DNA of 64,000 bases, from the NCBI GenBank assembly GCA_000320545.1, contig ADNK01000343.1, positions 1-64,000 of the forward strand, given 5' to 3'. Every line of letters starts with the position of its first letter. The stretch's first letter is position 1. The stretch is from Bigelowiella natans CCMP2755. Lineage: Eukaryota; Protista; Cercozoa. Positions 24,978 through 39,300 of the stretch are shown one piece after another. Below the pieces are notes generated by a model. The model ran no database searches, was not told the DNA's origin, and saw only the letters and a list, made by a program, of their open reading frames with translations. The position numbers were made by a program, and so were the translations under genes.

Positions 24978-25907
24978 CTCCTAATCGGATGATCCATCCC
25001 ATGGTGATAATATCAACTGCACTTATTTCATCATCATTATCATCATTGTATATCTTTGGTATTGCTTTCTTCGCCTGACGGTCTTCTTCTTCTTCACTCC
25101 ATCCCCAGGAATCCGTCTCTTTGATGGTGACAGTTTTGGATCATTTGCTACAGCTGTATTTTGACGGCAGCAGCAGCAAGGATGAAAAAAAAACAAAAGA
25201 AATCAAGGAAGAGAAAGAAGAGAAAGAGGGAGACGATAGCAGTGTAGTCACCACCCAGAAGGATGCTGAAAGCTTCATCCCAATGTTATTATTAAAATTA
25301 TGATAAAAAGAAACATACAATTTATATGTTTTTTTATATAATTCCCCCAATCTTGATAATGATCATGATTTAGGTGACGTTTTCATCTTGTTGTAACGCC
25401 CACCCCCCCCCCCATTATTCGATAATTTTACGTTCTTATCTCTGTCACGACAGCGACTAATACCACTGCTACTATACTACGGCAATTACTACATGCAGCG
25501 TTGAATATGGGCAATAAATTTGTTCTAGTTTTCGTTGTATACTAAAAACCATGGCCACAATCAGCTTTCACATTATATCATTTATTTGACGACTGACGGC
25601 ACGCATAGTTATTTATATTCTTCTACTTTTCATTAGAACAATCATGGCCTCCAGCATCATGCGCCTTATGGCGCTACATATGCAACAGGTAGTAATCATA
25701 ATAATGATAATAATAATAATAATAATAACTACAATAACATTTGTTGTTGATGATGATCATGATTTAATTGGAAGAAGAAGAAGGAAGGAGAGGATGTAGG
25801 ATTGCTTGGTGGGAAGAATAAGACACAAATACATGATGAGAGAGAAAGCAATATCATCATCTTCATCATCATCATCATCATCATCATCATATTAGTATTA
25901 TGATACC

Positions 25908-25940
<33 letters not shown>

Positions 25941-26739
25941 GTTATTATCAGGCATCTCTTGCAGAGCTCCCAAAGTCTCAGTTTTCGCTAGAAGCAGGGG
26001 TGATGATGATGATGATGATGATTATGAAGAAGAAGGAGGAAAGTATTGATGATGATTATGGTGATGATTATGATGATGAAGAAAACTGTGGATAATAATA
26101 ATAATAAATAATAATAGCAATTAATGATAACAATAATAAACAACATGCGGGTCTTTAATCCAAAACTATCTCCTACCGATTATGTTCTCCATCCATCTAT
26201 TATTCTTGCTCTCCCATTCTGTTGCCTGCACTCACCACGCCGTCGATGTACGTTATGTATATTATTCATTTTTTAAATTATCTTTTAGATAACCAGAAAA
26301 GTGACAGAAATATTGACTAAAACGGTCCGCTCTGGCCTGGTGAATAGAAAGGTACTAGCTAGGGAGAGTAATATATATTATATATATACACGTTGATAGC
26401 GAATCTTCGTAGTCGTAATAATTGGCAATATATGTATAATGTTTGGTAATGACTAATAGTTAAATATTTATGCAGAGCGTTCCAGAGAAACAACGCAAAA
26501 TGGCAAAGAATACCTTGGTAGTTATTATGAATATTATTCAACAACAAACGGATGATGATGATGATGATGATGATGATGGTGATGCGGGTTGTTCATGATT
26601 TATTCTCATCATCATCATCACTTTCGCTATCATCATCATTACCATAACTTGCTAATGATTACAATGACAAACAGGTTCTTTCAGCTTCTTTCGCCCTGGG
26701 AAAGACTATCGATCTTATTGCAACCTCGGGTAGTAGTAA

Positions 26740-26770
<31 letters not shown>

Positions 26771-27755
26771 TCTTGTTCTTGTTCTTGTTCTTGTTCTTGT
26801 TCTTGTTTTTGCTGCTGCTGCGGTAGGAGTATGAGTAGTGATTGTTTTGGAGAAAACTAGCTTCTTCACCAAGTCTCAAACACACAGCACTTGAATATAC
26901 TAGTAGCAGGATCATTATTATATCCTGGTATTAACACTTTCTATCACCCAATAGTTTCTGACCAGATAATCTTCATGAAGCAAATGAAATCTAAGGAGGT
27001 TGCCAACTATTTCTTGCTCTCTTTCTCCAACAAATGCGCCTTATTGTCGTAGTATTTCCCCACGATAATTGTTACTTGTTAGAGCCATCAGATTCTTCCT
27101 TTACTATTAGATTGTATGTAGTAGCTATTTGATTGTTATGCTGCCTCACACTAAAGTATAACCAAACTCTATCGTATAAAAGGACGTCACGCAAGTCGAG
27201 CTTGAAGCTCTTGGCAACATGGTATATTGAATGATTGATATATATATTGAGTATATGTAGTATATCCAATGCTTATTTTAATTGCGTAGCTATCTCCAAC
27301 ACCGTTGTTCCTTCAACGATATCTACAGATACGACAGCAGCAATCTTTTTATTGTTATTATTATTTATTAGTATTATTTGTTATGGTTATCGTTTGTTGT
27401 GGATTATCTGATCATAATATAACCTGTCAGGTGGAACGATTTTCAGATTTTAAGATTGGATATAAGGCTTGTGATGAGTTAGAAATGACTGTCAGCTCAA
27501 AATCGGTACTAGAAGTAGCAGTTGTGTTGTCGATTACACATAATAGATAGTAGGAATATATACACCACACACATTGAGAGTTATTTAAAACTTATTCAGT
27601 CAGTTATTATAATAAATGCAGTCGTCGTTGATCGTGAAACTTACTCTTTGTACTTTACTTTACAGGGAGGGTTTGTTGAAAGATTCCCAGGATTCCTAGT
27701 GGTTGTTAGAAATTATATTTTGTCCTAATTGATGATGATGATGATGATGGTCACA

Positions 27756-27791
<36 letters not shown>

Positions 27792-28253
27792 GTCCATTTC
27801 TTTTGCGGTAATGGAGAGAAGATGATAATGATGATGATGTTGTGTTTACAATACAATTGATATATTACATATTTCAGGATCTTGTAAAAGCATCCGCAAC
27901 AGTAGAACTGCACGATATTGAACAAGATACAGTAGCAGTACTTACTAATGATCAAAAGAATGAACAAGCGAAGAAGGGACAGCAGCAGCAGAGTAAGATA
28001 GTTATGATGAAAACTGTTGGTTGATGATGAGGAGGAAGAAGAAGAAAACGATGTTGTATTGATATTTACCTCGTTTGTGGATAATTTGAGAGAAGCAAAT
28101 ATCCTTGCAATATCTACTCATCGATTGATTTGAGTTTGTGGTCTTGAGATTTGTTCTTCTTCCTCCTCCTTGCTATGAAATCATAAATGATAGTGGGTTT
28201 GACAAAGCAACATCTCACTTTGCTCAATTTTGTGAGGTAGTAGTAAAAAGAAG

Positions 28254-28297
<44 letters not shown>

Positions 28298-29012
28298 CCC
28301 CCCCCCCCTCACACACACACACACGTACACTTTGATCACTTCTGGGGTGGGTATTCTTCCTCCAAGCTTATCTTGAAAATATTGTAGTGGTAGTAAGAAG
28401 TAGAGTAGTAGAGACGTTGTTCATCATCATAGCTGCTTCATAGTACTGGCATCATCGATGATGCACCGACAACGGCACCACTCACTTCTCCTCCTCTCTC
28501 AGGCATCTTATCTCCCGTCGGCATTCTTGGTAATAAGAGTAGTACGTGGTGGCGGTGGTGGTGGTAACACTAGAATTACATCTTCTTCATCATCATCATC
28601 ATCATCATTATTCCACGAAGATGGATATAGATATAGATGTTAGCAGCATTTTAATTCGTCATATAATCAAAATTGCTATGTTTCATCGTTTCTATTTTGT
28701 ATTTATGTACTACAAGTTGATGTTGTTGTGTGTAGTTGTGATTGTTGTGATTGTTGCGGGAATGGGTGTGTGGTGTATCATATTTGTTACATTCTAATCC
28801 TCAAGGCCATAGTAGCTAGTCAGTACAAACAATTTTATTTGAATTTTGTTGTTTTTGATTTGTTTCACAAATTGTTGGTCGATGTTCTCATTGTTGCTGG
28901 CTACTGCTGATGGGTATCGTCGTCTGTGTTTAAAAGGTCCCTCGCCCTTGCTCAAGCTTATGCAATGGAAGAAAAGATCCAAGGAAACAACTCGAATCAT
29001 CTTGATGTAGGA

Positions 29013-29048
<36 letters not shown>

Positions 29049-29797
29049 CACGAGAAAGAAGAGAAAGAACAAAAGAATGATGCTACACACTGTAAAGAAG
29101 AAGAAAGAACAAAAGGTGGAGGAGGAGGAGGAGGAGGAGGATTTAGGAGAGTGATGATAACCATCAGGAGGAATTCCCATCCAATATAACGTGTTACTAC
29201 TGTTTCATTTTGATATGCTGCAGTTGTTAATAAATAACATAATGCCGTTGTTGTTGTTTACTACTAAAAACAGTTACGATTTAAAGATATCGAAAACAAA
29301 GGGGACATTCTAGGTAATAGATAATAAGTTTGTAGTAGTACTAGTACTTACAGTAATTGTGACATTATCTCAGTTATAATTTGTGTGGTGTGGTGTTTAT
29401 ATGCAAGTAATGGTGAATGTGTGTGAATAAATATCACGACGATTCCTACCATGATACTGCTTTTTAAACAATGGATTAGAAATAGTACTTGAAGATGTTT
29501 GTGCTATGTTCATCACCCCTATTTAGTAGTAGTAGTCGTAGTAACAGTAGTAGTAGTAGTAGTAGTAGTAGGTGACCACTTTTGACGTATTTGTTTTTGT
29601 TTAGATAAGGATCGAAAACGAGCCTTTGGAGGTCGGGGAAAAGAAAATACTATCCTGGTTTCAGATATGGTACTTACAAATCATAATAATAATACAGAGA
29701 TACATTCTACAAATCAGTAATAATACTAATAAATAATAACCAGTCTCTCTCTCTCTCACTCTCTCTCACTCTCTCCCTCCCTCCCCTTTGTTCACAC

Positions 29798-29835
<38 letters not shown>

Positions 29836-30207
29836 GAACATGATTTTGTGCTGCCTAAATTTCTACCAACCGTGTATAATTATGAGTCTTGTCTCTCTCA
29901 TTAAGATTCATCGTTGTTGGCGTTGTTGTTGTCGTTGGGTCACACTACTCGAATGCCATCTAATTATTCGTCGTTGTTGTCATCGTTGTCATCGTTGTGG
30001 TTGCTGCTCTCACCACCACTATTCAGGCGCTATCTGCAGGGTTGGAATACGTTGTTGATGTTATCATCAGTGGTGAAGATGCTGGTGGTAGTAGAGGACG
30101 AGTTGGTTCTCCTTACCTCGGTAGTAGTAGTAGTGGTAAAAAGTAGTGCTGACATACAGACATAAACATTACGCTAGGAGAGAAATACATGATAACAGTA
30201 TATTACT

Positions 30208-30248
<41 letters not shown>

Positions 30249-31838
30249 TAAACACCGAGACGACACTACAGAGATATAGAAAAAGAGAACTACGTTAATC
30301 TACATATAGATTCCTTTGTTAAAGATAATAAACTGTAATGTCCAAATTTAGATTATTACAATTTTCATTTTTATACGTGCATGCTACCAGGTATTGTAAG
30401 CAGCGACGATGGCAAAGGATCAGGCATATGGTTCTCGTCGTCGTCATCAGCTAATGATGATGATGATAATCATCACGATGTAAAAGATGATGACTTGAAA
30501 ACATCGGAACAAAAGGTGCTCTGCTAACACGTTAGTGATACCCAACAACAGATAAAGCTGCTGCTGCTGCTGCTGCTGCTACTACTACTACATCATAACT
30601 CTCATTTGCATCTAGGAAAATCCTTCTTCTAGTTCTAACCGCATTGTGAGTACGTTGATATCGGTGAAGAATAACAACGACAACAACAACCATGGCGACA
30701 GCAAAAGCAGCAATCTTGCAGCTAGCGTGTCGTTGCTCAACGAAGAAGGTGAGTTATTGATTGATATAGTGAGGAGGAGGAAGATGATGGATATCATTCA
30801 GAAGGAATGATGTGTAGACAATAGTAGTAGTATAATATCTATCACGTTTAATAGTATCATTGACCGACCGAAGATACAAGATCGAAAAACAAATATCATC
30901 GACGATGATGATCATGATGATGATTATTTATCACTTGATGTTGATACTAACTCACTCTGTCATTGGAAAAAAAGGTGATATTTTGGCTACATCACCTCTG
31001 GTTGTATATGACAAAAAGGGATCGGTAATAATATATAATAGCAGTAATATATAAAAGATAATCATCAATACACTCACCACATAATACCTCCTCCTCCTCT
31101 TCCTCCTTCTTCGTTATTTCCCCTCCTCTATCACCCTCTTCTTTTCCTCTGGTGTGATGATTATTATCGAACGAACTTGGCTACATTATGATGCAGGTTA
31201 TTAAGTTTGCTGTGAAACTTGGCACTGCTACTACCATGGTAGTTAATAATAATGATCATGATAGTAATCATACAATAATCGATGATAATAATAATAATAA
31301 TAATAAAACGTATAATCACCATCATCATCATAATCATAATTATCATCATCATCATCATCATCATCATCTAGAATTAAACAGCAGCAGCAGTATCAGTATC
31401 AGTATCAGTATCAGTCAGTATCAGTAGAAGAAGATGAAGAAGAAGAGGAGGGGGGAAAGAGTTGTAACATTACTACAAACCTAATACTACTGCTACCTAC
31501 TACTACTACTACTACTACTTCCCCTTTCCGATAATACGCAATAAATCTCTTATTATCATGATTCATGGAAATGAATCTCTTATCATCATGATTCATGGAA
31601 ATAATATAGGTAGAAATTCAGCGTTGTTACTCGCGTCCTCTTGGATCATACTCGGTGATATTACATACATAATTACTCCTTTTTGTCATCATCACCAATT
31701 AATATTTTAACATACAACGAGAAGTCGTCATCAAGAGTATTGAATACAACAACGACTATTACTTAGTTAAGGCGATGATACGGAATATATACAGTCATAG
31801 ATATATAAATATAATATCACATTGAGTAATAGTAGTAG

Positions 31839-31879
<41 letters not shown>

Positions 31880-32213
31880 AATGATACACAGCATGTAACT
31901 ACTATGACTACTTTTCACCATTATTACCTATATATCCTACTTACACGTTGTAATAGCTTACTTACTACATCGATTTTCCTCCTCTCTTCTTTAAAGGTTC
32001 GATTTGCAAAGAAAAAGCTCAAGATTTATGATTCCGTGCTAGCAGAAGTTGCCAAAGCAGTGTTCAAGAACTCTGCATTAATCTTAAGGGCCGCTGGGGA
32101 AAAACTAGCACACATAGAGCAGCAGCAGCAGCAGCAGGGTGTGAATGACTCCAAGTTAAAAGCTGCAAAATTGATAGGAGCTTACATTCGGTCCAAGCAT
32201 ATTTGCTGCATGG

Positions 32214-32281
<68 letters not shown>

Positions 32282-32389
32282 ATGCAGCAGTAGAGAGAAT
32301 GATGATATTACAATATAGAAGAATGTGCATTCAAACGAATTGACAGCAGAGCCCAAACAGTGAAAAAGAAAATATCGCTTGTGGAAGTT

Positions 32390-32422
<33 letters not shown>

Positions 32423-32522
32423 ACTACGACAACCAACATACTGTGTTGATGATGATGATGATGAGGATGATGATGATGATGATGGAAAATCCATTTTTTG
32501 GATTTTGGTTACATTCTATTCG

Positions 32523-32562
<40 letters not shown>

Positions 32563-32567
32563 GTAGA

Positions 32568-32605
<38 letters not shown>

Positions 32606-33271
32606 TAAAAATACTAGGGAAAGAGTAAGAGGGAGATATGATATACATATAAAGACAGAAATTACATTTAGTCGATACTCATCCAGTCATTGCTTTAATA
32701 TCTTCTTGTTTGATTGCATTTCCATCTGTGAAGACGTTCAATCGTGGGCCACGTTTTATACGATATTCTTGCGGGACTACTTTACCATAATGATGGAAGA
32801 GAAGATATGATCGGGGTATATTATTTTGTTTACTGCTACTACTATTCATAACCGTTGATTTTTATGGTGAGTGGCCTCTATCAACAAAGACTAATGACGA
32901 CGATCCTTCTAATGGTGTGCAGGTTCTACGATTGTTTCCTTCAATGCAAGGGCTATTGAAGGCTGCGACAGATGCTTTAATTCCTCTACAATCCATTTTC
33001 CCAACAATCCAAAGTAGTTGTACTTAAGATGTTGAACGAAGATTCCCTCCCATCTTTTAAATAACAATATATTAAGTAGTAAAATGTATCCTCATTCGAA
33101 TAACTAAATATCAATCAATCGAGAAATTGGAGATTGTATATGATGTCCAGTATTTAACTGATCGAATATGATGTTGTATGTAGGTGTGGAAGAGGGTATT
33201 CTGCCTATCAACTCGGTAGAAAAAAAAAACAATCTTAGTGTTATAGCTACAAGAGGACTCATAAGTAGAAC

Positions 33272-33303
<32 letters not shown>

Positions 33304-33398
33304 ATATCGGTCAGTGAGTAAGTGAATGAATGAGCAAAATAAACAAGATAGATTGATATTAGTGTTGTTTTGGTAAAAAGAAGGAAGGGTAGGGAGTC

Positions 33399-33432
<34 letters not shown>

Positions 33433-34928
33433 ATACTTCCAACTTGTACAATCAGATCACATCAAACACATCATTTCAACTAAATGTGATATTAAATAAA
33501 TAATATATAATACATTGCTCATCATCACGGAGTTCTGATAATTTGTTCAGATTGCTTCTGGAAGTGCTGTGGAGGTGTCAGGCAAAGAGATCATACTAAC
33601 ACCAACCGCTGCAGATACTGCAGGTAGTAGTAGTAGTAGTAGCAGTATGAGGTTGATATAGTAAGAACAATTTCTAATTTAACAGATGCAGCAGCAGTAT
33701 TATAGTGGTAGATAGTTCGTGTACTTTGTCTATTGAGGCCTCCTCGATAATGATAAATAATTATTAGAAGTTTATTGTATGAAGACGAGAGTAAAAGCAG
33801 GCAATATCGAATGCTTACTACTACTATCTCATCATCATCATCATCATAATAATACCTCATTTATTGATTAATTAATTAATCTGGTTGGGGAACAAGTGGC
33901 GATTACATTGTCATCGATTGCGCCTCTAAGAAGATTCGTGATAATGCCGACTATGTTGTTGGATGTGTTGTCCTGACAGACTGTGTGTTGATGGTTTATG
34001 ATAGCAGCTACATTGGCATAGAATATTGTCTATGATCTATCTACCGATCTACCATGATCATGATCTAATTCATTTCTATATCTTTCCTCCTGTCCTGATA
34101 CTGGAATAGATTCCTTGCATTTTGACGTACCGAAGAGATTCCGAAAAGGGACTAAATTGCAGGGTAGTTTTGTGTGTGGGTAGTGGGTAGAGCAACCATG
34201 GTGCATCTGGCCATGCTCACATGAAATGATTAGAATTGATTCTTTGGAAAATGAAAAGTGTTGTTTGATCTTCTTCTACCCATCGTTATGATGCCCATTT
34301 ATGATGTTTTTACAACTTGATGATCACTAAATTAAACTAGTAGTCACAGCAGCAGGTCCATACTTGCATACTTGTGCTACTACATTGCAATTATGAAATA
34401 AAACAATGATAATAATGCCATTATTATTATCTTCTTTTTTGGTACATCATAATACATATTTGCATGATGAGTCTGTATAGTGCTCACAAAAAATAATATT
34501 GGTGGTTCCTTCTAAACACACTGACTGATTATTCACCAAGATTAAATATATTATCATAATGTTAGGATTTGTCACGATTAGCCAAGGGAAAAAGAGTGAG
34601 ATGACATTGGAGGTAGGAACTTGTTGAAGAACAGGGGGGGGGAGGGAAGAAAAACAATTTCTTTTACATGACACTTGATATTTGTAGTATCTAATACAGC
34701 CTTTGAGCAAGTAGCAATTGATTTAGTGTTTGTCTAATGTACCGACTCTACTTCTTTGATTTACTGCTGTTGTTGGATTATTTCAAGATCATTTGTAAGG
34801 GTACTGCAGCAACCAATGGAAGTGGAGAGAGAAAGACTCTATCAGTCCTTAAGTCACCATCATCCAAGACCATCAACAAGAAAATCCTAATCGATTGTCA
34901 TATCAATGGTGGGTAGCACTCTGCCTCT

Positions 34929-34967
<39 letters not shown>

Positions 34968-35118
34968 GGTTGTTTATCGTTGATTGGAAGAATGAAGATC
35001 CGTAGTAGAGATCATATGTATTTTGATATAATAATAATGATAATAGTGATGATATTAAGTGCTGCTGTGCTGCAGCTTACTGCTACTGACAGACACACAA
35101 ACACCACCTATAGTAGAT

Positions 35119-35153
<35 letters not shown>

Positions 35154-35182
35154 GCTATCGAACGAATAAGAAATAAAACATT

Positions 35183-35217
<35 letters not shown>

Positions 35218-35689
35218 ACTAATAGTAACTAGTATCCTGAATTTATAAAAATAATAGGTGAGAAGGCTCTCGATATTGTTGCGAAGATACGTCCAAAGAA
35301 TAAAGGAATATTAGGGGGTCTTATTCGTGGTAGTACACCTTCTTATTCCGATTGCGATTGTGCAGCGACTTTCGAAGATCTTAAATTTGTCAAGATACAA
35401 CCGGAGAACAAGGTACTCTGGATGGTAAAGGTAACACAAACAGAGAATAATAATAACAACATCGAGAGTAGTAGTACTAGGAGGAGGAGGAGGAGGAGGA
35501 GGAGGAGGAGTAATTGTGGTAATTATGGCGATAAAGTTTACATCTGTGAATGGGAGGGGGGGGGGGGGGGAAGAAAAAGGGGGGGGGGGGGGTAGTAATG
35601 TTATTTGCGGGGGGAGTTATTATCAACGTTGTAAGATAAATCAAGCATAAAATGAAACCATCGAAAACAGTGGGGATGATCTATATATT

Positions 35690-35738
<49 letters not shown>

Positions 35739-36354
35739 AATATATATTATATTCTGTGGAAGGTATTTTTGAATGGCTCACAGAGTTTGTAGTAGCAGCA
35801 GAATCATCCATTATATGCACAATATGTATTGCTCTGCCAGATTCTATTTATTTAGCAGCAATTATTCACTCGCGTTGTCATCATTATCGTCCATCATCAT
35901 CATCATCATAATCATCATCATCCTACTTATTATCAAATAATAATTGTTGTTATTCTAAAGAAACTATTTCCATTAATTGCACGTGCTGCCGGTAAATTGG
36001 GAGGGCTACTAGTACACTCTACAGAGATAACGGTTGTTTGTTGTCGTTCGTTCGTTGTCGCTGTCCTGAATTGGTGTTTGTTGCGAGGAAGAGGCAGGAG
36101 ATCTTGTTTGTATGTTCTCCACTAATTACTTCCCTATTGCTGAGAATAAGAATAATAAAAAAGTAATTGTAGCAGCAGCAGCAGCAGCAGTAGTAGCAGT
36201 GCATGATCAAAATGTTTGCAGTGGTAACTAACATTAACATCGAGTTGATATATTAATTCTTTATCACAGGAGGAAGAGAATAATGCACCTGCACGATGGA
36301 TTTCGTCTATTATTTTCCGAGGCGGTTTTACTGATGGGTAGTATCATCATCGTC

Positions 36355-36395
<41 letters not shown>

Positions 36396-39300
36396 ATCTA
36401 TCTCTTGTAATACTAGTTGTTGAGGTTGTTGTTGTTATGAAGACGACAACAAACAAACACAATTTCCCCCATCCAGAAATCAGTAATCATTTGGTTAATT
36501 GTTTGTTTATTTATGGTTGGTTGTTTCTTCTATCGAATGAGCAGGTTGGGCTGTCCGTCCTCCTCCTCCTCCTCCTCCTCATATGTAGCAACTACTCAAA
36601 TCATTCCAGGACCAAAGGCCATTACTGCATTATGGAGGGATAAGGTTTTTTCTTCTTCTTCTTCTTCTTCTTCTTCTTCTTCTTCTTCATACATGATGTG
36701 TATACTGATTTAGTAATAATAATAATGCCTCAATTTCTCGTATTCTTCAACTTGAAGAAAAAAGAGGGTATAAATAATTAGATGCTCATTATCTGGTGCA
36801 TTTGTTTCAACATGATTATTATCGGCACCACTCTGCTTTGCTTCGTTATTTCTTTATTTTTACGATGAGAACAATGAAGTGATTGAATATTCTGCTGAAA
36901 TCTATACTTGAAGTGCTAACCACTAATACTGTTGGCAACTATACAAACATCTGATAATAAAAACATCAATCTATGCTCCTTTCTTGACTAGATACTTTCC
37001 GAGGAGTCGGCATCTTTCATATATAGCGGAACGGGTGATGATTCGAAGTTGTCATCAGAAGCAATGATGATTAAAAATTTTCATGAGCAAATTGCAACTG
37101 GAAAAGGCGATTTGGGTATGCGATTTTGGACAGAAGCAAAGACGATATCAAAGGGTTTCAAGAGAGGACTTCGTATGATCTCTCGAAGCATTAAGGAATC
37201 GGCAATGCCCGTGGTTTATGGCGTAACATCATGCATTTTGAGGCACATAAAGATTTCCCAGTTTATCTACAAAGCGATGCAATCCGGAAAGAACAGTGAG
37301 AATAGTATTGTAGAGGGTGTCCCTCCTTCTGTTTTAGAGGAGCTTGATGAGGTTCTTAGTGAATCTATCAAAATAGGAGTTTACATACGTAATCTACGAG
37401 GAAATCAAGGTGATTCTGGAGTCCTTCGTTTCAAAGAAAGAGCACTCGCTCGCCTTCAACTCATTGCCAAATTTGTACCAGTAAGGCAAAGTATGCATGA
37501 TGTAGAAGACAAAGAACAAAAGTTTCAATTAAAGCCTATGGCAACTACTACTACAGAGGAGAAGAATGCAATCCCGCATTTACCTAAGATTAGACCGAAT
37601 CTCAAGCGCACAATTACTACTCTTAAGCCAAACTCAAAATGGCACAAGGCGAAAATTATTCTTCGTTTGCTGAAAAATACTATTCGTTCTATTAGTGTTT
37701 TCAAAAAATTGCTACATTTCCAAAAGACAGCAACGACCCAATCTGAGGATCCAAAAAGGGAAATTATCAACGAAATCATTGCCATGATAAAAGCCGAAAA
37801 TAATGCGTTTCCCATTGCTACGATCGAAGGGTCTTTAATGTCCCAACTATGGCGTGGATTGCTGCGTATGGAAGGGTTGAGGAAATTCAACGACATCGTC
37901 AGTGTTCTCAAGGATTTACAATCAGGAGTGTCTTATGCAAACAAAAATGGTGCTGCACAAGATGACACTCACCAGAAGAAGAAATCTCTACAATTTCATG
38001 AGGGCCACTACCACATTACATACCAAAAGTTGGTCAAGGAAAGAACTACCGTAGAACACATATCTAGTTCAACTAGTTTTGTAACAGCTGCAGCCGACTA
38101 CTGGATGGACGCCAAAAATGGATCTGGCATTGAGGAGTTTGACTTTAAAATCACCCAAAATAGTTCCACCTGTTGGATTTTCCTCGGTATAATTTCAGAT
38201 AAATGGGGCACTAACTTTAATAAAACTGGGCAGTATTGTGGTGCAAATGAATTCTCAATGGGGTATACAACTGGTGGGGCTACTGGTAGAACTAGGTTAT
38301 ATGCGACTAGAACTCCAGTTCAATTCTGGAACAAGGCCGCGTATGATGGCAAGGAGGAAACAAGATTTAAAACTGGGGATACGATAACAATGGCCATTGA
38401 CCTGAAGAAGAAAACGGTCTCTTTCAAGAAAAATGGTGTCGATTTCAAAGAAGCATTCACTTGTTTTCCGAAGGGAGACCGTATTCGTCCAGCCGTTACA
38501 ACATACTACCGTGGAGATTCTGTCACGATATCACACAAACGTTCATCAAAGCAAACATCAGCAGCACCAAATAAGAGTGAATCTATGCTATCTCTTGCAC
38601 TAAGAGAAATTGCATCCGCATTTGGAGAGAGCAGCGTGGGGCGCAACACAGAGAGCAGCACTGAATTGGCAAAGAGGACAAGACCAACACACTTCTTATC
38701 TGATTGTGAGGCTGTAGGACCAGAGAGAGTCAGCGCTTTAAGGCATGCTTATTTCGGGATTCTGAAGCAGCTGATGACGACGACTGGGGAAAGCAATAAC
38801 AGGTGGTCCATGGATGAAGGGTCCAAGATAGAGATGCTTTCTCTTCTCAATATCGAATTTAAATCAAATGATGACTGGCAGAAATTGATGGAAATTGACG
38901 TCGCTAATTGGCTGAAGCCCCTTATAGCTTTTCCATGTTCGGAATCTAGTGCGTTATGGGATCTGTACGGCACACAGGACAAGGAACTCATAGCATTAAG
39001 AGAGGCATTGTCAGCGTCTATCCAGGGCGAAAATCACAGTGTAAAGCTACGATATGGAGCATGGATGCTTTTCCGAGTCTTGTTGTATGCATGTTCGGAT
39101 AGTGCCGTTAGCAATGTTGGCACTCATAATACCACTGCTATTGCAGCAACACCACGACACCTACGGAAACCCTCGTTCATGCTAATTTCGCTGCTTTTAG
39201 GCGAAGTTTGTCGGCAAACAGAGACTCTTTATTCTGCATTGCAGTATGCTGAAAAGGCAATTACCGTTGTTAGGCGAACAAAGGAGGAGGAGGAGGAGGA

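Noticed and set aside
17900-36720. Numerous 60-140-aa ORFs with poly-I/Y/H/M/L/S tracts
   Set aside because: They are translations of intronic microsatellites. At most they contain short true exons of the giant gene.
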